Below are positions 63,893 to 64,000 of a stretch of 64,000 bases of DNA, in pieces. Origin of the DNA: Neoconidiobolus thromboides FSU 785 (Eukaryota; Fungi; Entomophthoromycota); contig MU626262.1 of NCBI GenBank assembly GCA_025603075.1, forward strand, positions 124,001 through 188,000. Direction: 5' to 3'. Numbering within the stretch: the stretch's first letter is position 1; the number at the start of each line of letters is the position of its first letter. Position numbers and translations under genes: made by a program. Below the pieces are notes generated by a model, which made no database searches, was not told the DNA's origin, and was given only the letters and a program-made list of their open reading frames with translations.

Positions 63893-64000
63893 GTTGAGCA
63901 AAAAAACACCCTTATACGGTTAATCTTGAAATCGAGCAAAAAGAAACTATTTCTATATTACTGGTGGTTTCAATTTATTAAAAATCAGTTTGAATCAAAA

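Overview
Very AT-rich eukaryotic DNA with fungal-type genes and short (mostly about 45-60 bp) GT-AG introns. The low GC, intron size and gene content suggest an early-diverging fungus, possibly Entomophthoromycotina/Conidiobolus-like (inference only). About 20 protein-coding genes: the 5' end of a probable isocitrate lyase at the left edge, three intronless YSL/OPT-type transporter paralogs, a Bni4/Phactr-like PP1-targeting protein, mitochondrial DnaJ (Mdj1), phosphofructokinase with an N-terminal glyoxalase-like domain, a Vps39/TGFBRAP1-family protein, an MBOAT acyltransferase, an orphan, a PPR protein, a P5B ATPase, an atypical S1 serine protease, a pseudokinase, glycogen synthase, a stand-alone C2 protein, She9/Mdm33, a nucleolar FKBP, a Cys-rich putative GPI protein and an ADAM metalloprotease. 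The most striking unexplained structure is a non-coding ~105-bp dispersed repeat with at least 13 intergenic copies. It has ends ATATGGGG...CCCCATAT, a nested internal inverted repeat and a central AGCGCT palindrome. Neighbouring inverted copies share private variants, and its central CpG shows only transition mutations. A second element of 229 bp has 47-bp terminal inverted repeats. No tRNA, rRNA, CRISPR or intact transposase was seen.
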